64,000 nucleotides of DNA from an uncultured Bacillales bacterium (GCA_949948745.1 CATLHA010000005.1:12740-76739); one strand, 5' to 3'; counted from the stretch's first letter, positions 51,736 through 61,497 are shown. Notes: a model not told the origin generated them from the letters alone. Made by a program: numbers and translations.

Positions 51736-52335
51736 ATGGAGAAATTAAAAGATAGGCTTGATTATTTAAATGGACTAATCGATAAGTATCAGAAACAACT
51801 AAAAAAGAAAGAACAAAGACCTTCTGGGTGCTATTCATGGGAAACAGAGGATGAATCGATAGTACAATTGAGAGAAAAAATATATCAATTATTTGATGAG
51901 GTATCTAAAATAGAAAAAACTTTAGTAATAGCGGATAAGGAGCCTATTATTTGTAGTGAACGAATAGATTTATATAAAACCGATCAAAATCCTAAGGGAT
52001 ATTATATAGTGTGTTTATCTGGTACTAAGACTATTATAGGTGAGGTTGGATGTAATAACGAAAATAATAATATTCATTATGTAATTGATCAAGAATATCA
52101 AAATAATGGATATGGATTTCAGGCAGTAGTTACTATGTTAAATTATTTAGTTTTATCTGGTATTGAAAATATTGAGATTCTAATAAAAAAAGAAAATGCC
52201 ATATCAATCAAAATGGCTGAGAAACTTAAAAATATATTTCCAAACTTTAGTGAGAATATAATGGATGATTACCTTATGTACCATTTTTGTTTAAGGAAGA
52301 AAAAGAACAAGGAAGATAATATTAGTTATAAATAG
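51736..52335 (+). CDS. GNAT-family N-acetyltransferase with N-terminal coiled-coil
   Basis: 199 aa; acetyl-CoA-binding motif QEYQNNGYGFQAV (Q/R-x-x-G-x-G/A). Confidence 0.55.
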   Translation: MEKLKDRLDYLNGLIDKYQKQLKKKEQRPSGCYSWETEDESIVQLREKIYQLFDEVSKIEKTLVIADKEPIICSERIDLYKTDQNPKGYYIVCLSGTKTIIGEVGCNNENNNIHYVIDQEYQNNGYGFQAVVTMLNYLVLSGIENIEILIKKENAISIKMAEKLKNIFPNFSENIMDDYLMYHFCLRKKKNKEDNISYK

Positions 52336-52412
52336 GTGATATTATTATTTATCATCTTTTTTTCATTTAGAAACACAATTGTAAATCATTGTTTGATATA
52401 ATGAGATAGGAT

Positions 52413-54206
52413 GTGATAATTGTGATTAGAGATAATATAATTATAATACGAGATTTTTTTAAATTAGTTAAGGGAAATAAAAAATGGATATTTCTTTTGT
52501 TTTTTGGTTCTATAATGGCACATTTATCTAGTTTACTAATACCAATTTTTACTTCTAATATTATATATGAAGTCACAAATCATAATGTTGATGCGGCATA
52601 TATAAATATTGGGATGTTGGCATTGGTCTATATAGTATATAATTTGTTTTGGTATTTGAATTATGTTTCTTATTCTCATAATTTTAAATATAGTTATAAA
52701 AATTTAAGAGAAAAAGTTGTAGATAAAGTCTTTACTTATGATACTGATTTTTCAGATAAAATATCTAAAGGTACAATTTTAAACACCGTGAATACAGATA
52801 TTTCAAATTTATCTGAGATGATAGATAACGTTTGTGAAATTTTAGTTGTTTTTGTAAAAATTATAGTTATGATTATTGTCTTTTTAAAAACGGATATATA
52901 TATCGGGGTACTAGTTTTGTTGTTGGAATATTTATATTTAAAATCATTTGACTATTGTAATATTAAAAGTACAAAATATTTGAGAGGTCAACAGAAATAT
53001 AGAGATAAATTAACAGATAATTTGTCTCAGATTTTAAATGGATTAAGTGAGATAAAAGTTTTTAATATTTATGATAAAATTAAAAATAATTTTTATATTA
53101 TTGCTAATAAATGGGCAGAACAGTATATGTTAAAAAGAAGATATGTTAATATTAGAGCTAGCTTGTTGCCGTTTATTATCCATTTTGGAAAAATAATTTT
53201 ATATTTTATACTAACTTCATTTGTACTTAGTGGAAAATATGAAATAAATCTTTTAGTTTTACTAATTACTTATTTTGAAAATATTATGACTAATACTAAA
53301 GAATTGATGGGATTTTCAAGGCAAATTAGGGAATGGTCTATTTCTATTAAAAGAATTAATACTATTTTAAATTATTCAAGCAAGCAACAAATCACTTTTG
53401 GTATGAATGAAAATGATTATATAGATGGTTTGGTAGAATTTAAGGACGTAAGTTTTTGTTACAAGACTAAAAATAGAGGTAATATTAGAAATATAAGTTT
53501 TACTGCAGAACCTAATGAAATAACTGCTTTGGTTGGACATAGTGGTAGTGGAAAAACAACTATTATTAATTTAATACTTAGAAAATATAAACTAGATAGT
53601 GGAAAAATCTTAATTGATAATGAAAATATATATGATTATTCTAAAAGTATTTATGCTACAAACGTAGTTGGGGTAAACCAATCTCCATTTATATTTAATA
53701 TGAGTATTAGAAAAAATTTAAGTTTAATTGATTCAAATATTGATAATCAAATTGAAGCTTGTAAAAGAGTTGGAATTCATGACTACATTATGAGTTTGCC
53801 TAAGGGATATCATACTATTTTAACTGAAAATGCTACTAATTTTTCAGGAGGACAAAGACAATTGTTGGCAATTGCTAGAACATTATTATCAAAAGCCGAA
53901 ATATTAATATTTGATGAAGTAACAAGTTCACTTGATACATTGCTAGTAGAAAAAATTAAGGAAATTTTTGAAAATTTAAAATTAGATCATACAATTATTT
54001 TAATAACTCATAAAAAAGATGTAATGAAAATCGCAGATAAAATTATTGTTTTAAATAAGGGAATGATAGTTGGTCAAGGTAATCATAAGGAACTTATGAA
54101 AAGCAATGAATATTATATAGACTTACAAACAAATAATTATTCTAGTTCTCATAAAAAGACATTTGAAAATATTATTGTGGAAGATACTGTTTTAGAAAGA
54201 AAATAA
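52413..54206 (+). CDS. ABC exporter, fused permease + ATPase, bacteriocin/peptide-exporter-like but without an N-terminal peptidase domain
   Basis: 597 aa; 6 transmembrane segments; Walker A GHSGSGKTT, signature FSGGQRQLL, Walker B ILIFDEVTS; GTG start uncertain (52413 or 52422). Confidence 0.85.
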   Translation: MIIVIRDNIIIIRDFFKLVKGNKKWIFLLFFGSIMAHLSSLLIPIFTSNIIYEVTNHNVDAAYINIGMLALVYIVYNLFWYLNYVSYSHNFKYSYKNLREKVVDKVFTYDTDFSDKISKGTILNTVNTDISNLSEMIDNVCEILVVFVKIIVMIIVFLKTDIYIGVLVLLLEYLYLKSFDYCNIKSTKYLRGQQKYRDKLTDNLSQILNGLSEIKVFNIYDKIKNNFYIIANKWAEQYMLKRRYVNIRASLLPFIIHFGKIILYFILTSFVLSGKYEINLLVLLITYFENIMTNTKELMGFSRQIREWSISIKRINTILNYSSKQQITFGMNENDYIDGLVEFKDVSFCYKTKNRGNIRNISFTAEPNEITALVGHSGSGKTTIINLILRKYKLDSGKILIDNENIYDYSKSIYATNVVGVNQSPFIFNMSIRKNLSLIDSNIDNQIEACKRVGIHDYIMSLPKGYHTILTENATNFSGGQRQLLAIARTLLSKAEILIFDEVTSSLDTLLVEKIKEIFENLKLDHTIILITHKKDVMKIADKIIVLNKGMIVGQGNHKELMKSNEYYIDLQTNNYSSSHKKTFENIIVEDTVLERK

Positions 54207-54297
54207 TATATGTTATATTAGATTTAAGGAATTTTTCTTTTCTGAAAGAGAAAATTTTTATAAAATTGGGTAAATATTATTTAAGGAGTAATTAATT

Positions 54298-55077
54298 ATG
54301 TGGGGTGCTATTATAGGAGACTTGGCTGGTTCTATATATGAATTCGGTCAAATAAAGAAAGTATCTAATATTTTGATTGATGAAGTTATTATGGAAGATA
54401 GCTTTTATAGTGATGATACAATCTTGACAGTTTCTATTTTAGATGCCTTACTAAATGGTGGAGATTATGGATTTTTTCTAAAAAAATATGGTTGCCTTTA
54501 TCAAGACTATAAACCTGATTTTGAGCCATACTTTCAAAAAACTTTTTCTCCTAGCTTTTTAAAATGGGCAAGTGGAGATTTTGTAGGAGTTAGTACTGGG
54601 AACGGGGCAATGATGAGAATTTCTTCCATTGGGTATCTCTTTGATACTGTTGCAGATATAGAAAAAAATGCATATTTGGCTACCGTTCCTTCTCATAACT
54701 CTAAAGAAGCTATCCAATGTGCGACTTTAGTGGCACTGATTATTTACTTTGCTAGGAAGAATTATTCAAAGGAAGAAATAATTAAAAATTTAGATTTAAG
54801 ATATGCATATCATCCATTTCAGAAGTTTAATAGTACTTGTTATGATACAATAGATAATTGTCTTTATGCACTTTTTAGTTCTAATAGTTTTGAAGATTCT
54901 ATAAGAAAAGTTATTTCTTATGGAGGAGATACTGATACAAATGCTTGTATTGTTGGGTCTATGGCAGAAGCATTTTATGGGGTTCCTTTAGAACTAATAG
55001 AAGCTTGTAGAAATAAAATACCAGAGGAATTTACTAAAATTATAGATTTAGGCTATTCTAAAATGAAGAGATTTTAG
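54298..55077 (+). CDS. ADP-ribosylglycohydrolase family protein (ARH/DraG-like)
   Basis: 259 aa; N-terminal GAIIGDLAGS and C-terminal GGDTDTNACIVGSMAEAFYG, the two metal-binding signature blocks of the ARH fold. Confidence 0.8.
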   Translation: MWGAIIGDLAGSIYEFGQIKKVSNILIDEVIMEDSFYSDDTILTVSILDALLNGGDYGFFLKKYGCLYQDYKPDFEPYFQKTFSPSFLKWASGDFVGVSTGNGAMMRISSIGYLFDTVADIEKNAYLATVPSHNSKEAIQCATLVALIIYFARKNYSKEEIIKNLDLRYAYHPFQKFNSTCYDTIDNCLYALFSSNSFEDSIRKVISYGGDTDTNACIVGSMAEAFYGVPLELIEACRNKIPEEFTKIIDLGYSKMKRF

Positions 55078-55110
55078 ATTTATATATAATAAGAAAAGGA
55101 GAAACATATT

Positions 55111-55914
55111 ATGAAGTTAACAGTATTAGAAGATAATAATACTTATATTGATATGTATTATTTAGGAGAACCAGCAGTTAGCTATTATATCGAGGATGGA
55201 AACAATAGAATTTTGTTTGATGTTGGATATTCAGATGCGTTTATGATAAATGCTAAAAAGATAGGAATTGATTTAGATAAAGTGAATAAGCTAGTAATAT
55301 CTCATGGACACGATGACCATACTGGTGGATTGAAATATTTCTTTAATAAAAAAAGAAATATTGAATTGATTTCTCATCCAGAAAGTTTTAACTATAAAGA
55401 AGATGCTACTGGACTTTTTATTGGGAGTTCTTTAACAAAAGAACAATTATATGAAGTTAGTAATTTAAAATTATCTAAGGAGCCTATTCAAATAAGTGAT
55501 AATATTATTTATTTAGGAGAGATTCCTATTACTAATGATTTTGAACCCCGTTATGCGATTGGTAAGAGTATTGTTGATGATAAAAAGGTCGAAGATATGA
55601 TTGAAGAAGATTCTGCAATTGTTTATAAGAGTGATCAAGGGTTATTTGTTATTACTGGATGTTCTCATAGTGGAATTTGTAATATTATTGAGTATGCTAA
55701 AAAGGTTTGTCATGAGGAAAGAATCTGCGGTGTGATTGGTGGATTTCATCTATTTGAAGTGAATAATCGATTAGAAAAAACGATTGAATATTTCAAGAAA
55801 AATGATATTAAATTGTTGTATCCATGTCATTGTGTTTCATTAAAAGCTAAAATAGAAATGGGAAAACAATTAGATATACGTGAAGTTGGAGTGGGACTTG
55901 AAATTAATTTATAA
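55111..55914 (+). CDS. MBL-fold metallo-hydrolase
   Basis: 267 aa; HGHDDHTGG (HxHxDH) plus downstream His/Asp/Cys ligands. Confidence 0.75.
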   Translation: MKLTVLEDNNTYIDMYYLGEPAVSYYIEDGNNRILFDVGYSDAFMINAKKIGIDLDKVNKLVISHGHDDHTGGLKYFFNKKRNIELISHPESFNYKEDATGLFIGSSLTKEQLYEVSNLKLSKEPIQISDNIIYLGEIPITNDFEPRYAIGKSIVDDKKVEDMIEEDSAIVYKSDQGLFVITGCSHSGICNIIEYAKKVCHEERICGVIGGFHLFEVNNRLEKTIEYFKKNDIKLLYPCHCVSLKAKIEMGKQLDIREVGVGLEINL

Positions 55915-55952
55915 GGAGAATTTGATAGACTTACAATGATAGGAGAATTGAT

Positions 55953-56531
55953 ATGAGTGATGATATTTTGTACCATATTCATAGAACTGGTGATATGGAT
56001 GATTTATGGTATGTTGGAAATGAAATTATTGTAGATGATAATTTTCAAAGTCAATTTTATGTTCAATTATTGAAACAGGAGTTTCCTTTAGTTCAAAGAT
56101 ATGGAGATTATGATATAGATGATTTGATATCTACGATGGAAGAGATGAAATCTTTAAATTTTATGAAATCTAATGTTGATTCTTTATTTCATAAATTACT
56201 TTATTGTTGTTATTCTTTAAGAAGAGAAAGAGCATTAGAAGAAGGAAGAAAAATATTTTCTTCTAATTGTCCTTCTAGAATGCATTCTATATTTTTAACA
56301 GGTATGGATGATTTATCCTATTGGGAAAGTTATGTTGGTAATAGGTCTTTTCAAAGATTCTCTTTGAATTGTTTTGGCAATTTATTTGTCAGTTCTGATT
56401 CTTTTTTTCCACAATATACATTATCATTTGATGATCAAGTAGAACAATCTAGAGTCTATTGGATTCCAGAGATGGAAAAAGCAAAACATAAGGAAATATT
56501 ATTTCAGGGTAAAGCTCAAATCATAGCATAA
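55953..56531 (+). CDS. hypothetical 192-aa protein; weak resemblance to DarT-type (DUF4433) ADP-ribosyltransferases
   Basis: N-terminal ILYHIHRTGD recalls the DarT YHITH NAD-binding block; C-terminal KHKEILFQ recalls the AEFLV catalytic-Glu block; the similarity is from memory and not statistically tested. Confidence 0.3.
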   Translation: MSDDILYHIHRTGDMDDLWYVGNEIIVDDNFQSQFYVQLLKQEFPLVQRYGDYDIDDLISTMEEMKSLNFMKSNVDSLFHKLLYCCYSLRRERALEEGRKIFSSNCPSRMHSIFLTGMDDLSYWESYVGNRSFQRFSLNCFGNLFVSSDSFFPQYTLSFDDQVEQSRVYWIPEMEKAKHKEILFQGKAQIIA

Positions 56532-56532
56532 G

Positions 56533-56561
56533 AAAACCTCATAAAAATTTTATGAGGTTTT
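56533..56561. terminator. bidirectional terminator between convergent genes
   Basis: perfect palindrome aaaacctcataaaa A ttttatgaggtttt overlapping both stop codons. Confidence 0.65.
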
Positions 56562-57107
56562 AATTTTCTTAATCAAATAGAATCCTGCACCATTTTCTTT
56601 TTTGTGAACAGAAATTGATTTAGATAATCTTTCTATATCTATATTTTCATAATCTCTTTTGGCAGAAGGGTCTAAAATAGTTATAACATCATCTTTTATG
56701 CTTTCAAATAAAATCATATGTCCCCAGTCTTCCTGTGGATCATTATAGAGTGTTGCTGCGTGACAACAGATTACTATATCATTTTCTTTATTTTCTATAA
56801 GAAATTTTTTTATATCATTTTTCTCAGTAATATAGTGATATTCTTCCTTTAAATTTATATTATTTTTTTTAAAGAAATTATTTATGGAATATTCTTCTTT
56901 TTGTATTTGAGTTCCAAATCCTGCATCTGGTTTTTCTCCAATTATTGCGTTTGGATATATTTTACTATATTCTTGTGGGACAATTAGTCCAAGATTACAT
57001 GCAATATCTATTTGTCCTTGATTAGAAATCTTATTTCTATTTAAAATCATTTCGATACATGAGCCAACACAACAGTATGGTTTTTGTACAATTTTTTTAT
57101 ATTTCAA
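56550..57107 (-). CDS. stand-alone papain-fold cysteine peptidase, C39-like
   Basis: 185 aa; Cys block YCCVGSCIEMIL (compare CGxAxLxMIL), His block DWGHMILF, then DP; order and spacing are as in the bacteriocin-processing peptidase C39 domain. Confidence 0.5.
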   Translation of the reverse strand: MKYKKIVQKPYCCVGSCIEMILNRNKISNQGQIDIACNLGLIVPQEYSKIYPNAIIGEKPDAGFGTQIQKEEYSINNFFKKNNINLKEEYHYITEKNDIKKFLIENKENDIVICCHAATLYNDPQEDWGHMILFESIKDDVITILDPSAKRDYENIDIERLSKSISVHKKENGAGFYLIKKIKTS

Positions 57108-57169
57108 AATATCACCTTCTTTTATTTTAGTATAGCATTTTATTCTGTTTTTTTTGTAAAAAGTTTTCT

Positions 57170-57198
57170 TTGATAAATTTTGATTTTTATGATATTAT
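57170..57198 (+). promoter_or_regulatory. promoter (TTGATA-17-TATTAT with TG extension)
   Basis: 57170-57175 ttgata; 57193-57198 tattat; TG at 57190-57191. Confidence 0.45.
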
Positions 57199-57228
57199 AG
57201 ACATTAATTTTTAAGGGGTGCATTTTTT

Positions 57229-57927
57229 ATGATAGATTCTAAAATTTTAAAAACAATTCACATGTTAAGTTTGGATATAGAAAAACACACAGGATATTCA
57301 GATTTTGAATTAGAAATTTTAAGAAGAATTTCTGATTGTGATTTAAAATATGTACATATGATTATGAAATTTTTAACGAATGAAGCAGAAACTATTTATA
57401 TGCTTTATTCTAATCCACAATTTGTTTTGTCTCTTTTAGATCTTGGTATTTCTAGTACGAAATCAGGAACTGGTAGTTTTAGTCAGATGACTTCACTTTT
57501 ACTTAGTCAGTCTTTATTTCATCGTGATGAAGGATTTTATCTTGGAGAAGAGGACACTTATACTTTCTTAAGTCGAATGATGGCAATTCCAAATGATAAA
57601 AGAAAAATTAATTATCATATAAAAAGGATTTGGCAATCTTTAGATGAACAACTAGAAGATTATATGGATGTTTCTTCCTCTTTTATTGTTTCACTTATTA
57701 ATTATCCAGATTATATTACTAGAGAACATTTTGGAATGATTCCTAGTGATTGGTTTCGCCAACATATTGGTAGCTTTAATTGCTTTAATGAAACGGATGA
57801 TATTTTAACTTTTCGATATCCAACCTTATCTGGTAATAGAAATTCTAATGAAAGTAAAATTGATATTCACCAAAGTATAGTAGAACAAATGGATGAACCA
57901 GTACAATATTTGTTGAAATTAAAATAG
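57229..57927 (+). CDS. hypothetical protein
   Basis: 232 aa; no recognisable motif. Confidence 0.4.
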   Translation: MIDSKILKTIHMLSLDIEKHTGYSDFELEILRRISDCDLKYVHMIMKFLTNEAETIYMLYSNPQFVLSLLDLGISSTKSGTGSFSQMTSLLLSQSLFHRDEGFYLGEEDTYTFLSRMMAIPNDKRKINYHIKRIWQSLDEQLEDYMDVSSSFIVSLINYPDYITREHFGMIPSDWFRQHIGSFNCFNETDDILTFRYPTLSGNRNSNESKIDIHQSIVEQMDEPVQYLLKLK

Positions 57928-57944
57928 ATATAAGAGATGATTCT

Positions 57945-58610
57945 ATGAAAATGTTAGAAAATTTATTATACAAAACGGATATTGTTATTAAGAATGATTT
58001 GATATATCAAAAATTCCAACAAAAAATAACGCTATCTAGGCATTTTTGTTCTACTGATTCTAATGATAGATATTATTTAAAATTGAATACAATTATGGAT
58101 GACGAAATAATTAATCAAGGATATTTATATTTTTATTTACATCCAGAAAATTTATCTAGTCAGTTTATTGGTATTGCAGTTAATGAAGATTATCGTAACT
58201 CAGGAGTTGCGTCTATTCTAATTTCTAGTTGGATTCAATTCTGTTTAGATAATGGTTATGAAGATTTGATGACTTATAAAAAACAAAGGAAACCATTTCT
58301 TTTATACCTTTTAAAAAAATATTTTTTTGTAGCAGAGGATGTAAGTGATTATGAACTGTTCTCGAAATTAGTTTATATTTGTAGGATGAAAGATAGTGAC
58401 TGTAAATGTTTGATATTTTCAAGTATGCAAGAAGAAATCCGTTTTAGAAATAGTAATATTATGAGGTCAGATAATTATAGAATTATTGACTCTGCAGATG
58501 AAGAAATTCAAATATTAGACTCTGTTTTATTATCTACACCATATTTATTAAAAGATAATGAAAAAGCTTATCAGAAGGCGATAGGGACTTACAATCGATA
58601 TAGAAAATAA
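57945..58610 (+). CDS. GNAT-family acetyltransferase-like protein
   Basis: 221 aa; IGIAVNEDYRNSGVASILI (R-x-x-G-x-A motif). Confidence 0.55.
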   Translation: MKMLENLLYKTDIVIKNDLIYQKFQQKITLSRHFCSTDSNDRYYLKLNTIMDDEIINQGYLYFYLHPENLSSQFIGIAVNEDYRNSGVASILISSWIQFCLDNGYEDLMTYKKQRKPFLLYLLKKYFFVAEDVSDYELFSKLVYICRMKDSDCKCLIFSSMQEEIRFRNSNIMRSDNYRIIDSADEEIQILDSVLLSTPYLLKDNEKAYQKAIGTYNRYRK

Positions 58611-58611
58611 A

Positions 58612-58640
58612 AAAGGTTTACATTTTTGTGAACCTTTTTA
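58612..58640. terminator. probable bidirectional terminator
   Basis: aaggtttaca...tgtgaacctt imperfect hairpin flanked by A/T runs between convergent genes. Confidence 0.4.
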
Positions 58641-59504
58641 CTGTTTTATTAAGATTACTCCGATTACTATTAAGATACTCATAATTAAATTCTTAATTAG
58701 TATATTTTTATCTTTGGTTATGAAATATTCGTAAATAGAATTGATAATGGATGTTAATGAGAATAATGGTGCGATAAGACTTACATTTCCAAGCTGATAG
58801 GCTCTAACTGAAGATATGAGCATGACGCTCCAACAAAATGCTGAAATAACAAATTGTTTCTTATTGTATAAATTAAACTCTTCTTTTAATTTCTTTATTG
58901 TGTGCTTTCCTAATAGTGAAATAATAATAGATGGAATAAAAACGGTTATTACAGTATAAATTCCTAAGTTAAACTCGTCAGATATATTAATATTAATTAA
59001 CATGGCAATTGCGAATAGAATATTTGAAACTATGGACATCATAAAATATTTATTAAATTCAAATTTTCCTTTATTATAAGAAAGTAGTAGATTTGCACTA
59101 AGAATGATAATTCCACCTGTAATTCTGTAAACTGTTGGTTGCTCCTTTAAAAATAGAAAACTAAATATAATTAGAAAAACTGTAGATAATTGTTTTAGCA
59201 TACTAAATACAGATGGTTGTAATCCATAACGTGCTTCAATATTTAGTCTATCTGTTGCTGCATAGATTATAGTAACTATAAATAATGTTAAATAGGTTCT
59301 TGGGTTTGTAGATATTTTAAATTCAAAAAGAACGGATAAGATTAAAGCAAAAAGTGCCGTAAATAATTCTAACAAAACTGTCATTGCCCCAGCATTTTTC
59401 ATAGTTTTATTTGTTCTTTTAAATAGTTGGGCAAAGAAGATTGCTGAGATTAAATAAATAATTACCCAAAATATCCAATTATTAAGTATTTCCATAACAT
59501 TCAC
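58638..59504 (-). CDS. DMT/EamA-like 10-transmembrane permease
   Basis: 288 aa; two similar 5-transmembrane halves, as in drug/metabolite transporters. Confidence 0.5.
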   Translation of the reverse strand: MNVMEILNNWIFWVIIYLISAIFFAQLFKRTNKTMKNAGAMTVLLELFTALFALILSVLFEFKISTNPRTYLTLFIVTIIYAATDRLNIEARYGLQPSVFSMLKQLSTVFLIIFSFLFLKEQPTVYRITGGIIILSANLLLSYNKGKFEFNKYFMMSIVSNILFAIAMLININISDEFNLGIYTVITVFIPSIIISLLGKHTIKKLKEEFNLYNKKQFVISAFCWSVMLISSVRAYQLGNVSLIAPLFSLTSIINSIYEYFITKDKNILIKNLIMSILIVIGVILIKQ

Positions 59505-59601
59505 CTAGTTTAATATAACATAAATGAATTTAGATAGAAAAGTCATTTGGATAAATTTTAAAGTTTTAAAAAAGTAAACAAATAAGCAAACAAAAGTAAG
59601 A

Positions 59602-59630
59602 TTGATATTAAGTTAATTTTATGATATTAT
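59602..59630 (+). promoter_or_regulatory. promoter (TTGATA-17-TATTAT), near-duplicate of the one at 57170
   Basis: shares ttgata and the 17-mer tttatgatattatagaN3taattt with 57170-57210. Confidence 0.45.
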
Positions 59631-59679
59631 AGATACTAATTTCAGGCAATATTAGAAAGTAGAAAGGATTGGTAATTAT

Positions 59680-61434
59680 ATGGAAATAGACTCTTCTCCA
59701 AAATGTGGTTATCCCAATATTGATAAACCTTGGGAAAAATACTTTACAGGGAAATATGACGAACAAGAAAATAAGAAAATTGTTTATCAAGAAGTGCATG
59801 ATAATAATATAGATCAACCTCATACGATAGCTTTAGAGTTTTTTGGTTCAAAAATTAGTTTTCAGAAACTAGATAGAAATATTAATTTTGCTGCTCAATC
59901 ATTCGAAGAGTATGGTGTAAAAAAAGGAGATTTTGTTACAATTGTTTCTGCTGGAATACCAGAAACAGTTTACTCTTTTTATGGATTATCTAAAATTGGG
60001 GCAATTTCTAATATGATGGCATACTATTTTGATGAAAATGGATTAATAAATAGAATTGCAGATTGTGAAAGTGATTTATTATTAGTGATGGATCAATTTT
60101 ATCCCCAAATTGAGAGTGCAATTTCTAAATCTAGAATTAAAAACGTTATTGTTATACCGACTTTAAATTCATCTATCTTAAAATATATTAGTAAAGGTTA
60201 CAAATTGCAAAAATCAAATGAGTTATATTGGAATCAATTTATAAAGGATGGTAGAAAAAGAAAAGCAACTGATACAGTTACCTATGAAGAAGATTTGCCT
60301 TTGACTATGGTATATTCTAGTGGGACAACGGGTGCATCTAAAGGAATTTTATTATCAAATGATAGCTTTCAAAACTCTGTTTATTCATATAGAAGATCTG
60401 GTGTAGAAGTAGGTAGAGGGTTTAAATTTTATCAAATTATACCACCTTGGTATTCAACAGGTCTTAGTACCTCTATACATTTGCCATTAGCAAGTGGTTC
60501 AACAGTTTTTATGGATCCAAGATTTGAAAGAAATATATTTATTAAAAATATCGTGAAATATAAACCTAATTATTCTGTTGCGCCTACTAGTATGTATGAG
60601 GGATTTTTAGAAGAAAAATTAATAAAGGGTAAAGACTTATCTTTTTTGAAATATCCTTTTGAAGGTGGAGAACCATTGAGAAAAGAAGTATCCGATAAAA
60701 TAGAAAAGGTATTTAAAAGGCATAATAGTAACGCAAAATTGTTAGTTGGATATGGTCAATGCGAATGTGGTGCGACGATTACATCAGAAACACCAAAAAC
60801 GAATCATGTAGATGGAACTGTTGGTATTCCTTTACCGGGTATCAATATAGCCATTGTTGATGAAAAACTTCAGCCATTAACTTATGGAAATCGAGGTCAA
60901 ATTATAGTGGATACACCATGTGGTATGATAGGATATTTTAATAATCCAGATGAAACTAATAATTATTTTTATATTGATTCCAATGGTATAAAATGGTATT
61001 GTACTGGTGATATTGGTTATATGGACGAAGATGGTAATTTGTTTGTTGAAGGTAGGGCTTCTGATTATTCTCTAGTAAATGAAAAGCAGGTATATAATTT
61101 TGACATAGAGAAGGCCATAATGAGAAATTCAAATGTTAAATTGTGTGATGTAATGATGAACAATAATCTATTAACAGCACATATTGTATTTAATAATGAA
61201 TTTCTTGTTAACTCCAATTCAGACTTATTGACGGAGGAATTGATTAAAATTCAACAAGGCATATATGAAGAAATACAAGATGCTGATTTGGTCCCACATT
61301 CGTTTAAAATTCGAGATTCATTTCCTTATGCAAAATCTGGTAAAAGAGATACTTTGTCTATGAAAGAAGAAACAGAAGGATTTATATTATTGAATTCAAT
61401 TAATTCAGAAAAAAAGAAAATAATTTTCAAATAG
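59680..61434 (+). CDS. adenylate-forming enzyme (AMP-binding / acyl-CoA synthetase-like, ANL superfamily)
   Basis: 584 aa; AMP-binding motif MVYSSGTTGASKGILLSN; TGD and the C-terminal K of the ANL fold. Confidence 0.8.
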   Translation: MEIDSSPKCGYPNIDKPWEKYFTGKYDEQENKKIVYQEVHDNNIDQPHTIALEFFGSKISFQKLDRNINFAAQSFEEYGVKKGDFVTIVSAGIPETVYSFYGLSKIGAISNMMAYYFDENGLINRIADCESDLLLVMDQFYPQIESAISKSRIKNVIVIPTLNSSILKYISKGYKLQKSNELYWNQFIKDGRKRKATDTVTYEEDLPLTMVYSSGTTGASKGILLSNDSFQNSVYSYRRSGVEVGRGFKFYQIIPPWYSTGLSTSIHLPLASGSTVFMDPRFERNIFIKNIVKYKPNYSVAPTSMYEGFLEEKLIKGKDLSFLKYPFEGGEPLRKEVSDKIEKVFKRHNSNAKLLVGYGQCECGATITSETPKTNHVDGTVGIPLPGINIAIVDEKLQPLTYGNRGQIIVDTPCGMIGYFNNPDETNNYFYIDSNGIKWYCTGDIGYMDEDGNLFVEGRASDYSLVNEKQVYNFDIEKAIMRNSNVKLCDVMMNNNLLTAHIVFNNEFLVNSNSDLLTEELIKIQQGIYEEIQDADLVPHSFKIRDSFPYAKSGKRDTLSMKEETEGFILLNSINSEKKKIIFK

Positions 61435-61463
61435 TTTTATATTATATATTTATTTATTTATGA

Positions 61464-61497
61464 GTAGTCAATGTGCCGGGTATTGACTACTTTTTTT
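61464..61497 (+). terminator. rho-independent terminator
   Basis: gtagtcaat / attgactac 9-bp stem, GC-containing loop, then T7. Confidence 0.7.

Noticed and set aside
51321-52576. Minus-strand ORFs 51321-51506 and 52367-52576, and 58225-58422 and 59608-59823 further on
   Set aside because: Overlap start regions or bodies of better-supported plus-strand genes. Ile/Phe/Asn-rich frame noise.
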